A DNA stretch of 64,000 nt. Source: an uncultured Nitrososphaerales archaeon (GTDB lineage Archaea; Thermoproteota; Nitrososphaeria; Nitrososphaerales; Nitrososphaeraceae). The stretch lies in the NCBI GenBank assembly GCA_963841565.1, contig CAWJCY010000012.1, positions 64,001 to 128,000 of the forward strand. Direction: 5' to 3'. Every line of letters starts with the position of its first letter. The stretch's first letter is position 1. Under the pieces are notes generated by a model. That model was not told the origin of the DNA and did no database searches. It saw only the letters and a list, made by a program, of their open reading frames with translations. Made by a program: the position numbers and the translations under genes. This document shows positions 21,910 through 32,316 of this stretch, piece after piece.

Positions 21910-22716
21910 TTGCAACTTCAATGTCGTAGGTGGGATTCCAACTTTAACTTGGTATATTTTACTCTTTTTGCGTTTACTCTCAGTAATTGCGTTGCTATTT
22001 TGATGATAGAAGCACAAATTATTGATTCTATTTCAGTATATGGAATATTAGATGCAAGCTGCGGAAGTGTAATTAATGAATCCACTAAGCTTTCAGCAAA
22101 TCTTGTTTGTAATGATCATGGAATAATAGTCAACGCTTCAGACGTATCAATTGCGTTGAACGGATATTCCATAATTGGCCCTGGGAGCCAAAGTACAAAG
22201 TCTGGATTAATTGTCCCAGATCTTGCTAACATAACGGTCTATGGTCCAGGGCGCATTGTCAACTTCCAATCGGGCATCTTTGCAACAGGTTCTGACACGT
22301 TAGATATATCTTCGATCTTCCTTGACGAGAATCGAATAGGCGTTTACCTGACTGGTTCCTCTAATTCAATCATAGATTATAACATGATGAGGAACAATGA
22401 ATTAGGAATTGCAGCACATTCTAGTAGTGGCATTTTGTCCAATGAAAACTATTTTTATAATAATTCGCTAGCCGGAGTTTCTCTGATCAATACAGGAGAT
22501 TCGTCAATTAAATTAAACTACATAAATGGAAGCCAAAACGGCATTTTCACCGATCCCTCTAGTATGTCAAATAACATCTCATTTAATTTCTTGCGCAATA
22601 TTATTGATATTAACAGTGCCAACGGGTTATCAAATGATATGACAAATAATACATACGAAGGTAATTTCTGTGAGCTTAGCCTGCCATCCGGGATATGTAG
22701 AGGAGTGACAGATTAA
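21910..22716 (+). CDS. Secreted right-handed beta-helix protein, paralog of 1141..1917
   Basis: Shared blocks NGYSI.GPG, GPG.I.NFQ.G, NxxAG, GSQNG.F.D, DxNxANGL, SxPSGIC. Confidence 0.85.
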   Translation: MQLQCRRWDSNFNLVYFTLFAFTLSNCVAILMIEAQIIDSISVYGILDASCGSVINESTKLSANLVCNDHGIIVNASDVSIALNGYSIIGPGSQSTKSGLIVPDLANITVYGPGRIVNFQSGIFATGSDTLDISSIFLDENRIGVYLTGSSNSIIDYNMMRNNELGIAAHSSSGILSNENYFYNNSLAGVSLINTGDSSIKLNYINGSQNGIFTDPSSMSNNISFNFLRNIIDINSANGLSNDMTNNTYEGNFCELSLPSGICRGVTD

Positions 22717-22900
22717 GGCCTTAGATTATTGACTGCCGCTCCAGGTCGAAGGCGGCAATTGCCAGACCATAGGTGCTTCGGATCCCGGATACAGTAAGAA
22801 AGCAATTCAAGCTGACCGTAGAATCTCGTTGAATGGTACTCGTGAATGGACTAAAATCAATAGCACATAACATGCTACATGCGCGATATTCACGACGTAA

Positions 22901-23599
22901 CTAGAATGGAAATATTTCTCCAGTATCCTCTGATCTGCCTTTCTGTCTGCTCTTGGACGGCCCAAGATCTGGTAATTTGTCTTCCATGTTCACTTCCACT
23001 ACAGCTGAGGCCTCTTCCATGATTTTCGTAATTTCTGCACCATCCGTCCCTATCGGATCGAGATTAGCTATACCATTGCCTTGCAAAGATGAGTCTGAAT
23101 ATGTACTATTTAGTATATCCCCCAGTGATTCCGAAATCTGTGAAAGCGAATGGTCTGCGGTAGGAATGACCGAAGAAAGACCACCTCGCAAATCTTTGAT
23201 CACAGAAGTGGTCGGAGTTAACGTTGATGCAACGTCTCCTAATTCAGTAACTGTTTCAAGTCTCAGTCTTACTTGTTCTGTTGTCAGCATGGTAGATTTG
23301 ACTACTTTGTTTATCTTGCGTATTTGAGAGAGTTCATTTGAAAGTGATTTTGCATAATTTGTTTCATGGCTCTGTACTGCTTCTACAACATTGTTAAAGA
23401 TCTGTTTGTCACGCTGCTTTAGTCTTCCAGAAAACGCGTCCATTTTGGAGATTTGCACCTGGAGCTTTCGATGTGCTTGCTCTAGTCGAGGTTTTAGAGG
23501 TTCTGCAGATCGTAAGCTCTCTCTGATCTTATTCTTAAGGTCACCTGAAGCCTTGCTCTTTTTCTTTTCTGGTCCACTCCATCTATCAAAGAAAGACAT
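22901..23599 (-). CDS. cdvB: ESCRT-III/Snf7 (CdvB-like) paralog
   Basis: Helical hairpin; LSNELSQIRK, EQVRLRLETVTELGD, IMEEASAV, KLPDL (MIM2-like); start refined to MSFFDRW. Confidence 0.85.
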   Translation of the reverse strand: MSFFDRWSGPEKKKSKASGDLKNKIRESLRSAEPLKPRLEQAHRKLQVQISKMDAFSGRLKQRDKQIFNNVVEAVQSHETNYAKSLSNELSQIRKINKVVKSTMLTTEQVRLRLETVTELGDVASTLTPTTSVIKDLRGGLSSVIPTADHSLSQISESLGDILNSTYSDSSLQGNGIANLDPIGTDGAEITKIMEEASAVVEVNMEDKLPDLGPSKSRQKGRSEDTGEIFPF

Positions 23600-23742
23600 T
23601 CCGACTAGAGTTCTGTTACATACACACTTAATTTTACCATGTATCAAGAATATTTGTTAAGAAGGTGAACTGAATCTCGTTTCTACATTTTGCTTATTGC
23701 TATGAGATTAAAACCCATAAAACAAGCAATATTAGAGTTAGG

Positions 23743-23943
23743 CTAATGCTTAAAAAAGACCTCCATATAGCCGCACATTGAACAGATAAAAAGAGTGTAG
23801 TTACTGTACTTCTTCATAATGCTTGGAAGGTACTTTTCTATTGATATTGTCGGCTTTAATGGGATCGGTAACGGTACCTTTTTTGGAATGGCTTGGGTTT
23901 CTTCTTCAAACTTTCCTTGGCATTTTGGACAAACCTTCGACAT
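23743..23943 (-). CDS. Small zinc-ribbon protein
   Basis: CPKC...CSMCGYMEVF. Confidence 0.7.
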   Translation of the reverse strand: MSKVCPKCQGKFEEETQAIPKKVPLPIPLKPTISIEKYLPSIMKKYSNYTLFICSMCGYMEVFFKH

Positions 23944-24325
23944 GCATAGGAATTACCGCGTGGAATAATTACGTGTTTCTCACCGATAAGAAGCGATATC
24001 ACTAACAATCAGAATGCGTCTAGCGGAGTTTTTAAGTAAACATGGGGGCATTAAGATTACTGAGACTACTTAGAACTGAGTAATACTCTAATTAGACCCT
24101 TTGTTCACTAAAATGAGAGCAAAAAAAGTTAATAAAATATGGGAACGATCCTCTACGTGATAAATGCTCTTCAAATGACTTTCCCACTTGTATTTATGAA
24201 TGCACTAAATTGTGAAGTAATGGAAATTTGAATACGAGTCTGAACAAATGAAGTATTCGTCCCTTGACAAAAGACTTGCAAAATTACACTAAATATCTCA
24301 AAAATAAGACTCGCATTTCCTAGGT

Positions 24326-24526
24326 CTAGGCGTCTAGATACCTAACAAATCCACTTCCCAGGCAAGTCTCACATCTGTCATTCGTCATTGTCGCAACAGT
24401 CCCACCCATGTTAGTCTTGATGCATACTCTCGAGGGCGAAAACACGTAACCTGTTCCAAAACACAAACTGCATCTTAACCACGCGTCGGGTATCTTACCT
24501 CTTGAAAGTTTTTTGGGATTGCTCAT
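24326..24526 (-). CDS. Small DnaJ-type zinc-finger protein
   Basis: CSLCFGTG and CETCLGSG (two CxxCxGxG). Confidence 0.65.
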   Translation of the reverse strand: MSNPKKLSRGKIPDAWLRCSLCFGTGYVFSPSRVCIKTNMGGTVATMTNDRCETCLGSGFVRYLDA

Positions 24527-24755
24527 AGGCACTGACAGATCCCTTAGGGTACGAACGCATAAAAATATACGGGTATCCAGCAAAATCAAAGAACTTAATG
24601 AAATGAATTTGATATTAGATTAGAATGTAGCAAAGACTAGTGAGTCTTTTGTCAGCTGTCAGTCACCATTGTTTCTTCCAAATAATTTTGAGATTGCCTC
24701 AATTGCTTCTGATAATGGTGTTCCTTGTTCGGCTAGGGGCTCCTCTCCAACTATG

Positions 24756-26369
24756 TTATCTTCTGATTGGTTTTGAGGGATCTGCCCATCCGTACTCTCT
24801 AGCTGACTCGATAGAAGATCCATTTCCAGGAACTGTCACTCGCTCTGCCAACTGTTCACCATCTTGTTTTTCAGTTGTAGTAAAGTTTGTACTTTGCTCG
24901 CCTGACATGTTGCCAGATCTGGATGTATTACGTAAGGTTTCGTCACTTCCTGGACCCTGTACCGGACCAGTCGAAAGTTTGTCTGCAGGGACCGATGAGG
25001 TTTGATCTGGAGATTCAGCAGTGCTGAGATTATTGGTCAAGGAAATGTTAGGCTCAAGCAAGCTGTCATTATCAATTGACTTGATCAGATTTTCAATTGC
25101 ATTGGCAGTTTTTGTCCCGGTTTCGTTGGATGAAGGAAGTTGAGACTTCTCGTTGAAAAACTCGATAAGGAGGCCTGCCAGAGGTCCGGGCTGCTCTTCA
25201 GGGATCCAATGGCCTGAGGAAGGCATTATTATTGCAGAGACATTGTTTGCTAATCGTCTTGCCGAGTCTAGGCTATAATTCGGTTTAGTGTCGCCACCCC
25301 CAAAAGGTGAAACTTCCCCAGATACTGCTAAAATTGGTAAGGTGAGATTTGATCTTGATGTTTCATTATTCATTATTGCATCGATAGAAGAAGCCCTGAA
25401 ATATTCAAATCCTGAACGCATACCCCCGGGAGTTGAATATTGCCTCACATATTCATCAATGGCCGCCTCGTCGATAGAGTATGGATTGTACGCCAACTGT
25501 CTGTAGAACCATGACAAATACTCACGTTCGTTTCCACCAACAAGAGCCTCGGGCAAGTCCAATGCTCTATGAAATGAAAACCACCAAGGTTCAGCAAACG
25601 ATTCATTGGTAAAGAGACCGGGAAACACATAATCTATCACAACAAGTTTGCTAACATTGCCTGGATGAGCTGTAGCGTAAGAATACGCTGTCTGAGCCCC
25701 TATATCATGACCTACTAAGTAGGCAGTGTTAAAACCCAGACCAGACACCAGCTGATATATGTCAGAGGCCGTCGTATTTCCATCGTATCCACTTGCGGGT
25801 TTAGACGTGTCTCCCAAGCCTCTCAAATCGGGTACTATTACGGTAAAGTTGTTCTTAGCTAGTACCGGCATCAAGCCTCTCCATTCGTACCATGTTTGGG
25901 GCCATCCGTGCAACAACACAATTGGGTCACCGTCTCCGCCCATTACATAGTGCATTGTAATGCCATTTACGTCATCTCGGTAATGTTTGAACGAGACATT
26001 ATCGAGCATAAAATATTCAGAACTGACACTGGGGTCATTAGGATTACCATCTTGAGTGCCGTTAACTGTCCGAGTGGAGTTACCAGTATTAGTAGCAAGT
26101 TCATCTAATACCTTCAGTGCATCAGAAGATGAGGACGATACTTGCGATATGGTGGCATTCTGAAGTATCATAGCTGTGCCGTCTCTATGGGGACTGGCTT
26201 CGACTACCTCTCTATCATCGAGAGATGAGAAGAGAGGTGTCTGATATGGGAATTTTTGATCTTGGTTAGTCTGCGCGATCCCCAGATTTGCGTCTGCAAT
26301 AGAGAAACTAATGAAAAAGAGAACAAAAAACACTGGTATATGTCCAAGGCAATAATGGAAATTACGCAT
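24756..26369 (-). CDS. Exported alpha/beta hydrolase (epoxide hydrolase/dehalogenase clan) with disordered N- and C-terminal extensions
   Basis: LLHGWPQ, PDLRGLGD, GHDIG (Asp nucleophile), GHWIPEEQP; hydrophobic N-terminal segment; start refined to MRNFHY. Confidence 0.88.
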   Translation of the reverse strand: MRNFHYCLGHIPVFFVLFFISFSIADANLGIAQTNQDQKFPYQTPLFSSLDDREVVEASPHRDGTAMILQNATISQVSSSSSDALKVLDELATNTGNSTRTVNGTQDGNPNDPSVSSEYFMLDNVSFKHYRDDVNGITMHYVMGGDGDPIVLLHGWPQTWYEWRGLMPVLAKNNFTVIVPDLRGLGDTSKPASGYDGNTTASDIYQLVSGLGFNTAYLVGHDIGAQTAYSYATAHPGNVSKLVVIDYVFPGLFTNESFAEPWWFSFHRALDLPEALVGGNEREYLSWFYRQLAYNPYSIDEAAIDEYVRQYSTPGGMRSGFEYFRASSIDAIMNNETSRSNLTLPILAVSGEVSPFGGGDTKPNYSLDSARRLANNVSAIIMPSSGHWIPEEQPGPLAGLLIEFFNEKSQLPSSNETGTKTANAIENLIKSIDNDSLLEPNISLTNNLSTAESPDQTSSVPADKLSTGPVQGPGSDETLRNTSRSGNMSGEQSTNFTTTEKQDGEQLAERVTVPGNGSSIESAREYGWADPSKPIRR

Positions 26370-26738
26370 TCGTTCCCGTATCTCCAGAATATTATTATAA
26401 ACAAGACGATCACTCTGCATGCACTTCCCATCCAAAAAAATTTCACCCAAATCCCGGCAAGTATTTTCGCAGTTGCGAATCGCAATTGATTCAACGGTCA
26501 GGTCAATCAATTTTAAATGAACTTCATTGACAACTATGTAGCCCATTCTGCGGCGAGCACAGCTGTACTTTGCACAACGGTACATTGGTAAAAATTGAAT
26601 GTACCACTAGGTTCGAAAAACAGAGCTCACTCAATATGCAAATATCTAAGCTCCTCACAATTCGCAAATGCGAATGGAAATTTCATTAGATGTTATATTG
26701 TTGAATTGTCAATCATAGACAAGAAGGCCTTGAAATAG

Positions 26739-26941
26739 TTGGCTTGTAAGGGGATATGCACTAGATACAAGGCACAGAAGTCCATAGGGTAGGTCGATAT
26801 GCGAATGGACAGAAGAGATGACAGATTTGTGGGTTATTTCTCGAGTGGAGCGGGTTATGGTGTCCCTGTTGTGGATACCGACTTAGAGGAAGGCCGAGGA
26901 ATGTAAAATATAAGGCGAAATTACGAGGAGACGAAGGATAG
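26739..26941 (+). pseudogene. Disrupted copy of a thaumarchaeal small zinc-finger family (CKGIC...CQIC...CPCCG)
   Basis: MACKGICTRYKAQKSIG/GRYANGQKR*QICGLFLEWSGLWCPCCGYRLRGRPRNVKYKAKLR; -1 shift at about 26788 and in-frame TGA at 26819-26821. Confidence 0.75.
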
Positions 26942-27395
26942 GCATTAGTCGCAAGGAAAAAGTTATTTTACTCCATGAGTTTCTAGTTCATAGCAGGGAA
27001 AACCAACAATGATATGAGTTGAGGTCATTGCAATTGATACCCTATTACTATACTCGAAATGGTGATTTCGGTCCACCGCTGCAATCAAGCAATCCCTTGT
27101 TCTTAATACTCACATATTCAATATTTAAATGGCACCGATTTAGATCTAGTCCTAAGTGTCAATTATCGGGTGCACGCATCGATTGCAGAATGGGATTATC
27201 CCTCTTGTGCCACAGGTTTCATACACTTATCGAACAAAATGATAATAACCTGTGTTTTTTTGGTACAAGTCGTGTTTTGAGTGTCGTCAACTTCATAGTT
27301 CACGAATATACTTCAAATCTCCTATTAATGCGATTCTAATGGATAAAATTATAACTCAGTTGGAATTAAGGAAAAATGAGGGGTTCAGGTGGATA

Positions 27396-27842
27396 ATGCT
27401 ATTTACTAAAGTTGGAACTGTGATACTTCTGGTGTCGGATATGGAAAGATCAGTGAAATTCTATAAAGAATTGCTCGGGCTGCCAGTTAAGACTAAGTCC
27501 GAATCTCCAGATTGGGTTGAATTTTTTAATCGAGAAACAACCTTGTCTTTACATGCGATAAAAAAGGGTAAGGGTAGTAGTAATGTCGCCGGCAAGGACA
27601 CTAAATTGGGGACAGGAACCCTAGTTGGGTTCATGGTTAGCGATATTGACGCTACAGTTCAATTTCTGAAAGAAAATAACGTTCGGTTTTTCAAAGAGCC
27701 CAGGGAAGAGCCTTTTGGCAAGCATGCAATAGTAGAAGATCCCGATGGTCATTTGATCTCGATTGCTCAACTTAAGAGAACCGCAGCAGCAGCATCAGAG
27801 GCAGAAGAATTCGATCTGCTAGGTTTGCTTGGAGCAGAATAG
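27396..27842 (+). CDS. VOC/glyoxalase family protein
   Basis: VSDMERSVKFY..LLGL, F.VSDID, EPFG, DPDGHLI; start refined to MLFTKV. Confidence 0.9.
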   Translation: MLFTKVGTVILLVSDMERSVKFYKELLGLPVKTKSESPDWVEFFNRETTLSLHAIKKGKGSSNVAGKDTKLGTGTLVGFMVSDIDATVQFLKENNVRFFKEPREEPFGKHAIVEDPDGHLISIAQLKRTAAAASEAEEFDLLGLLGAE

Positions 27843-27945
27843 AAAAAAATATCCGAGTAATTCAAAATACTCTCATCCCAGCCTTGAATTTAATCATACA
27901 TCCATTCAACAAGTCTTATTAGATGCATCTTTGTACTATTAGACA

Positions 27946-28296
27946 ATGGATTACAAATCTATTCACGAAAAAATAATAAATCTGGATCCGAAAATTAGGT
28001 TGGTCACCATATGTGACCTGAATGGTAAAATTATGCACTCCGATCACCGACAAGGAGTCGAGAACCTGCTGTCCCCAGAAGAAAGTAAAAAATCCTTGGA
28101 ATTGGCTGTCAATGCTTGGAAGACCAGGAGCACTCTTCAGTCCAAGATAGGTAAAGGTAAATACGTTCTAGCCGAATACGAGAAGATTAAAAGAATAACG
28201 ATGCCGTTAGATGAAGAACATATTCTTTACATAACTACAGAGGTGGACGCTGACCATTCAAAAATAATTGATAATGCGATGAGAGTGGCAAAATAA
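27946..28296 (+). CDS. DUF6659-like (roadblock/profilin-fold) thaumarchaeal protein
   Basis: I..LDPKIR.VTICD..G, IGKGKYVLAEYEKIKRIT.P pattern. Confidence 0.75.
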   Translation: MDYKSIHEKIINLDPKIRLVTICDLNGKIMHSDHRQGVENLLSPEESKKSLELAVNAWKTRSTLQSKIGKGKYVLAEYEKIKRITMPLDEEHILYITTEVDADHSKIIDNAMRVAK

Positions 28297-28449
28297 ACCT
28301 CACGTCCTTGACTTTTTCAAATTAAATAGTAGTTCTAAAGACATCTCCTAGTTCAGATGAATTTTGTTTTTCAAAAAAATACCTGAATTTCGCTATTTAC
28401 TTAAATATGATGAATCTCTTTATGAAAGAGCAGAGGTAGAGATTAAAAA

Positions 28450-28827
28450 GTGGGATTTGGGTCTTTTTTTAAGAAGAAGAAAAAGGATGTAGAGAAGAGT
28501 GTAGGCGATGTTGAGAACATGATTAAGAAAGAAGTTCTCCCCGAGAATGAACTGGAAAAAATGGATCACTCATTCACTGCAGAAAAGGCCGACCTTGAAA
28601 ACGCGAAAAAAGGATCCGGTGAGACTAATCCATTGCAGGCTGACGAAGATAATCGGCTTGGAGGTAGCAGCCGCTCTTCAAATCCCGAACCCGTGATTTC
28701 TCAAACGACTGTCAAAGAGGTTACCGTGAATATCGATTCTGAGCTATTGCGTAAGGCTCAAGCAAGAGGAATTGATTTGTCCAATACCTTGGAAGAGCAG
28801 CTAAGAAGAATAGTGTCTGGTGCTTAA
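28450..28827 (+). CDS. Hypothetical protein with C-terminal CcdA-like ribbon-helix-helix domain
   Basis: C-terminal EVTVNIDSELLRKAQARGIDLSNTLEEQL. Confidence 0.65.
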   Translation: MGFGSFFKKKKKDVEKSVGDVENMIKKEVLPENELEKMDHSFTAEKADLENAKKGSGETNPLQADEDNRLGGSSRSSNPEPVISQTTVKEVTVNIDSELLRKAQARGIDLSNTLEEQLRRIVSGA

Positions 28828-28947
28828 CAGTTCCTTCATGCCACTCCCAAATTCGTGCAGTCTCATCCTTGCGAGTTACTTGGCTCAGTCTTGTTAAGCC
28901 ACCGTAATTTGTGAAGGCAGGGATCCAAGCTACAAGCTCTCGTCGCA

Positions 28948-29817
28948 TCAGTGGTTCTTGTCACTTATAGCTCTTTTTGAATAGTTCAAATGCCGCCTAA
29001 ATAGCCAACCGAAGAGAGGGTTTAGAAAGTACGGAAAAGTTTGCTTTAGCCACACTCCTGCACGCACATAGAAAGGAACAATTATCTCAAGTCGACTTGA
29101 GCAAGATGCTTTTAGGATTGCTTTTGAAACGGTCTGCGGCTCCAAGAAGAAACCAGCATAATTTGGCATCTTTGGGCCAAATGAAGGGTGATTAAAAAAA
29201 TTTGTTTTTACGCCGATTGGACTCACAACCGTGATTTCAACCCCCGTGCCATGTAGTTCATGATACAAGGACTCGGAGAATCCTAATATCGCGTACTTTG
29301 AAGCGGAATAACCAGCCATTCCCGCTACTCCAAAGCTTCCTGCGACGGAAGCTACATTTACAATGTGACCAGATCGCCTATTAAGCATCGGACCAAGAAA
29401 AGCCTTAGTACAATATGCAGTTCCCAGATAGTTAGTTCGCATGACCAATTCCAAGTCTTCTGCAGTTTGATCATCTAACTTACCATAGATTCCGATCCCT
29501 GCGTTATTTATCAAAATATCAATATAACCGAACCTATCAATGACTTTTTGAGCCAGCCCTGATACTTCCTTTTTGTTTGACACATCACAGCAATAAGAAA
29601 CAACTTCGACTTGGCCTTGCTGTTTGCCTCCCCTGATAATACTCTCCAACTCGGCGAGCTTTGACTCCGTTCGAGCGACTAGGATTACCACCATCGCTCC
29701 TGCCACTGCAAAATCTAATGCAGTTTGTTTGCCGATGCCATGAGAAGCGCCTGTGACGAGGACTATTTTCCCTCCGAATCTATTATGATTGTATTTCATT
29801 AAGGCTTCATAAATCAA
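28948..29817 (-). CDS. Short-chain dehydrogenase/reductase
   Basis: TGASHGIG, NNAG, VASVAG, YSASK. Confidence 0.95.
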   Translation of the reverse strand: MIYEALMKYNHNRFGGKIVLVTGASHGIGKQTALDFAVAGAMVVILVARTESKLAELESIIRGGKQQGQVEVVSYCCDVSNKKEVSGLAQKVIDRFGYIDILINNAGIGIYGKLDDQTAEDLELVMRTNYLGTAYCTKAFLGPMLNRRSGHIVNVASVAGSFGVAGMAGYSASKYAILGFSESLYHELHGTGVEITVVSPIGVKTNFFNHPSFGPKMPNYAGFFLEPQTVSKAILKASCSSRLEIIVPFYVRAGVWLKQTFPYFLNPLFGWLFRRHLNYSKRAISDKNH

Positions 29818-30411
29818 TGTTCTAAGATAGAAATTTAACCGTTCGTCAACGGTCGAACTTGATTCCTTTCAATGAGAGCATACGTTGTACTTTGCAATAT
29901 TAAATTAATCCAAAAAGAGCTACATTAATTCTTGAATTAATTAATTCGACCTTACCTCCGGCATTAAAAACCTCATGAACGTCATTTGGAATAAAAAATA
30001 CGCCATGATTAAGGTTATAATACATGCAAGATTAGTCTAGTATAGTGCTTTTATTTCCTTGCTTTTGTCCACGACGAACTATTAACAAGAAGAAAAAACT
30101 GAACTATGTTTTGCAAGTTCCTGTGTTCGGTTCCCTCGTTCCATATGATAGATTGGATCCAGCTTCCAAATGATAATTACAATTTTACACCGGTGTTGCA
30201 GATTTTGAAATGGCATTAAGGATTAATTTCTTCTTTTGAACTAGAATTTAGTCAATATTTCCAAACAGTGCAACCATGGTCAACATCCTAAATAAAGGAC
30301 CTCTTGAACCCAATCGCTCAATATTGTTTAAGTGGTCAGATTCTTGCCCTGAGCCTATATTTTGTGCCTCCTCCGGCGAGAAATGGTCATTTTCTAAAGT
30401 GGATGGTCCTA

Positions 30412-30834
30412 CTAATACACATACGGCTGTAGATTTGTTTCATTAGCTACGCTGAGGTAGATGTACTTTCCATCATACTCTTTTATTCTAGAAATTGGAA
30501 TAATGTACTCATTTAGTAATCTAAAACTGCCGAAATCTATGACCACTATGTTATCCCTGTATGTACAGATGACATTCCCGCATGGCATACCATCGCTTGT
30601 CTTAGCGAGAATTCCTAACTCAGATATTAACTCCCAACGCACATTCAAGTCTGACGCATGGGGGTTTCTTTCAACCTCAGTTAAGTGTGTTTTATTTAGG
30701 ATATGGTTTTCGTCTTTCAAGGGTTGTGACGCCAAGGTCTCGTCCTCATATTCGGCCATAGAATATTGTGTACCTGGACAATAACATCTTCCTATATACC
30801 TCTTTAAGATTAAAAAGATCGGATTTTTTGTCAA
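30412..30834 (-). CDS. PRC-barrel/DUF2171-like hypothetical protein
   Basis: TSDG...GNV, YIIP...I..YDG..IYL; real start probably MAEYED. Confidence 0.55.
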   Translation of the reverse strand: MTKNPIFLILKRYIGRCYCPGTQYSMAEYEDETLASQPLKDENHILNKTHLTEVERNPHASDLNVRWELISELGILAKTSDGMPCGNVICTYRDNIVVIDFGSFRLLNEYIIPISRIKEYDGKYIYLSVANETNLQPYVY

Positions 30835-31561
30835 ATTATTCTATGCACATTCAGATCCTTTGGATAGGTCTGGTTACGTTCGTAAATTCAAAATGGGATC
30901 TTAAATATTTCTGCAGTGAAAAGGTCAAGTATAAATCCACAATTTTTAATTTTAGACGCGAACCTGCTTATTCATAAAAATTAGGACTGGTTATATTACC
31001 CCTTTCTCCAAAAGCGATTAAATATTCTGGCATTTCAAGTTGATGACAGTCTATGAATTTGCGTTGAATATCTACCGCAACCATATTCAGCTTCTACTTT
31101 GCCGAAAAAATCTGTCATTTACCATGTCTTAACGTGGTTGCTACTTTTATACACCGGATAGTTCCTTTAAGTGTGTTATTTTATAGGCTGTAAATTTAAC
31201 TATCGAGCAAAGCCACCTATCCTGCTTATCTTATTCGTAGCAAAATAGGCTGCGCTATCATATAGGTTCGATCCACTTTTTTGATTCTTGAAACAATACA
31301 CCGCTAAATATTCTTTCAATAATAAGATATGACATAGAATACAAGCAACAATTAGCCTCCTGCGGTGATTATTCCAGAGACGGATAACCGCTAAATAGAT
31401 AAATCACTTTTCCCTCATGAATAGCAACGGCACCAAAGGGTAACATATGGGCTGGAGGATTGCTTCACCCATGAATTAGAATAATTATTGTTGTGCACTT
31501 TGAAGCTTTTAATTAACAAACAAATGTTAAAAGCAAAGAGAAGGGAAGAGAATGAAAAAAT

Positions 31562-32170
31562 ATGGGACTCAGTTTTGTCGCGGAATACTTAAAAATACCG
31601 TTAGAGATCGCAGTTGATTTGAGAAAGCGGCAAGATAGGAGCAATCAAGCTCAGGAAAAATTGTCACAAGGTTCTCAACCTAGTGGGACAGAAACTTTTC
31701 AATATTATGAAAACTCAACTATGAATAGTGGTACTATTCCGCTATCACCAACGCTTTCGGAATATATAGAAAGGCGGTTCATACCAACGTTGTACTGGTA
31801 TCAAAATAAAGCCAGATCAAATTCTATGAAATTCAATATCTGGAAAATTGTAATAATATCATCTGCATTGTTTGTGGCAATTCTAAATGCTTTAGCTCTG
31901 GGTTTGACTAACCAGAATGTCAACAACCCGCTGGTAACTCTTGCATCTGCCGTCGCAGCTATAGTTATCTTGACATCATTCGCCTACTTTCAAGCATCAA
32001 AAATTCACGAAAGTAGAATCCACTTCACACGTGTGAAACAGAGATTAGAGAGAGAATATCAACTTTTTATGTTAAGGGCTAAACACTACGCTAGAAGAGA
32101 AGGGATTAGCGATAGCTATTCCACCCAGTTATTTGTTGAAAATGTAGAAAGCATAATAACAAATGAATAG
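31562..32170 (+). CDS. SLATT/DUF4231 2-TM domain protein
   Basis: WY..KA, two TM helices, RLEREYQLF, FVENVESII. Confidence 0.8.
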   Translation: MGLSFVAEYLKIPLEIAVDLRKRQDRSNQAQEKLSQGSQPSGTETFQYYENSTMNSGTIPLSPTLSEYIERRFIPTLYWYQNKARSNSMKFNIWKIVIISSALFVAILNALALGLTNQNVNNPLVTLASAVAAIVILTSFAYFQASKIHESRIHFTRVKQRLEREYQLFMLRAKHYARREGISDSYSTQLFVENVESIITNE

Positions 32171-32316
32171 TGGGTACTATCAAAATACACTGATTACTTC
32201 GGGACGGAATGTTCGATTCAGCAGTATTAGTCAAATCCTCTTTGCCTTAACCGTTTGAGGTATTAAAGGGCAGAATTTCAGTAGAGGTCTGTCAGTAGAA
32301 AGTTCCTTGTGCTCTT

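Noticed and set aside
22730-22762. Hairpin TGCCGC/GCGGCA as ncRNA or MITE
   Set aside because: Single short stem between convergent genes with no second copy seen; at most a terminator or stability element
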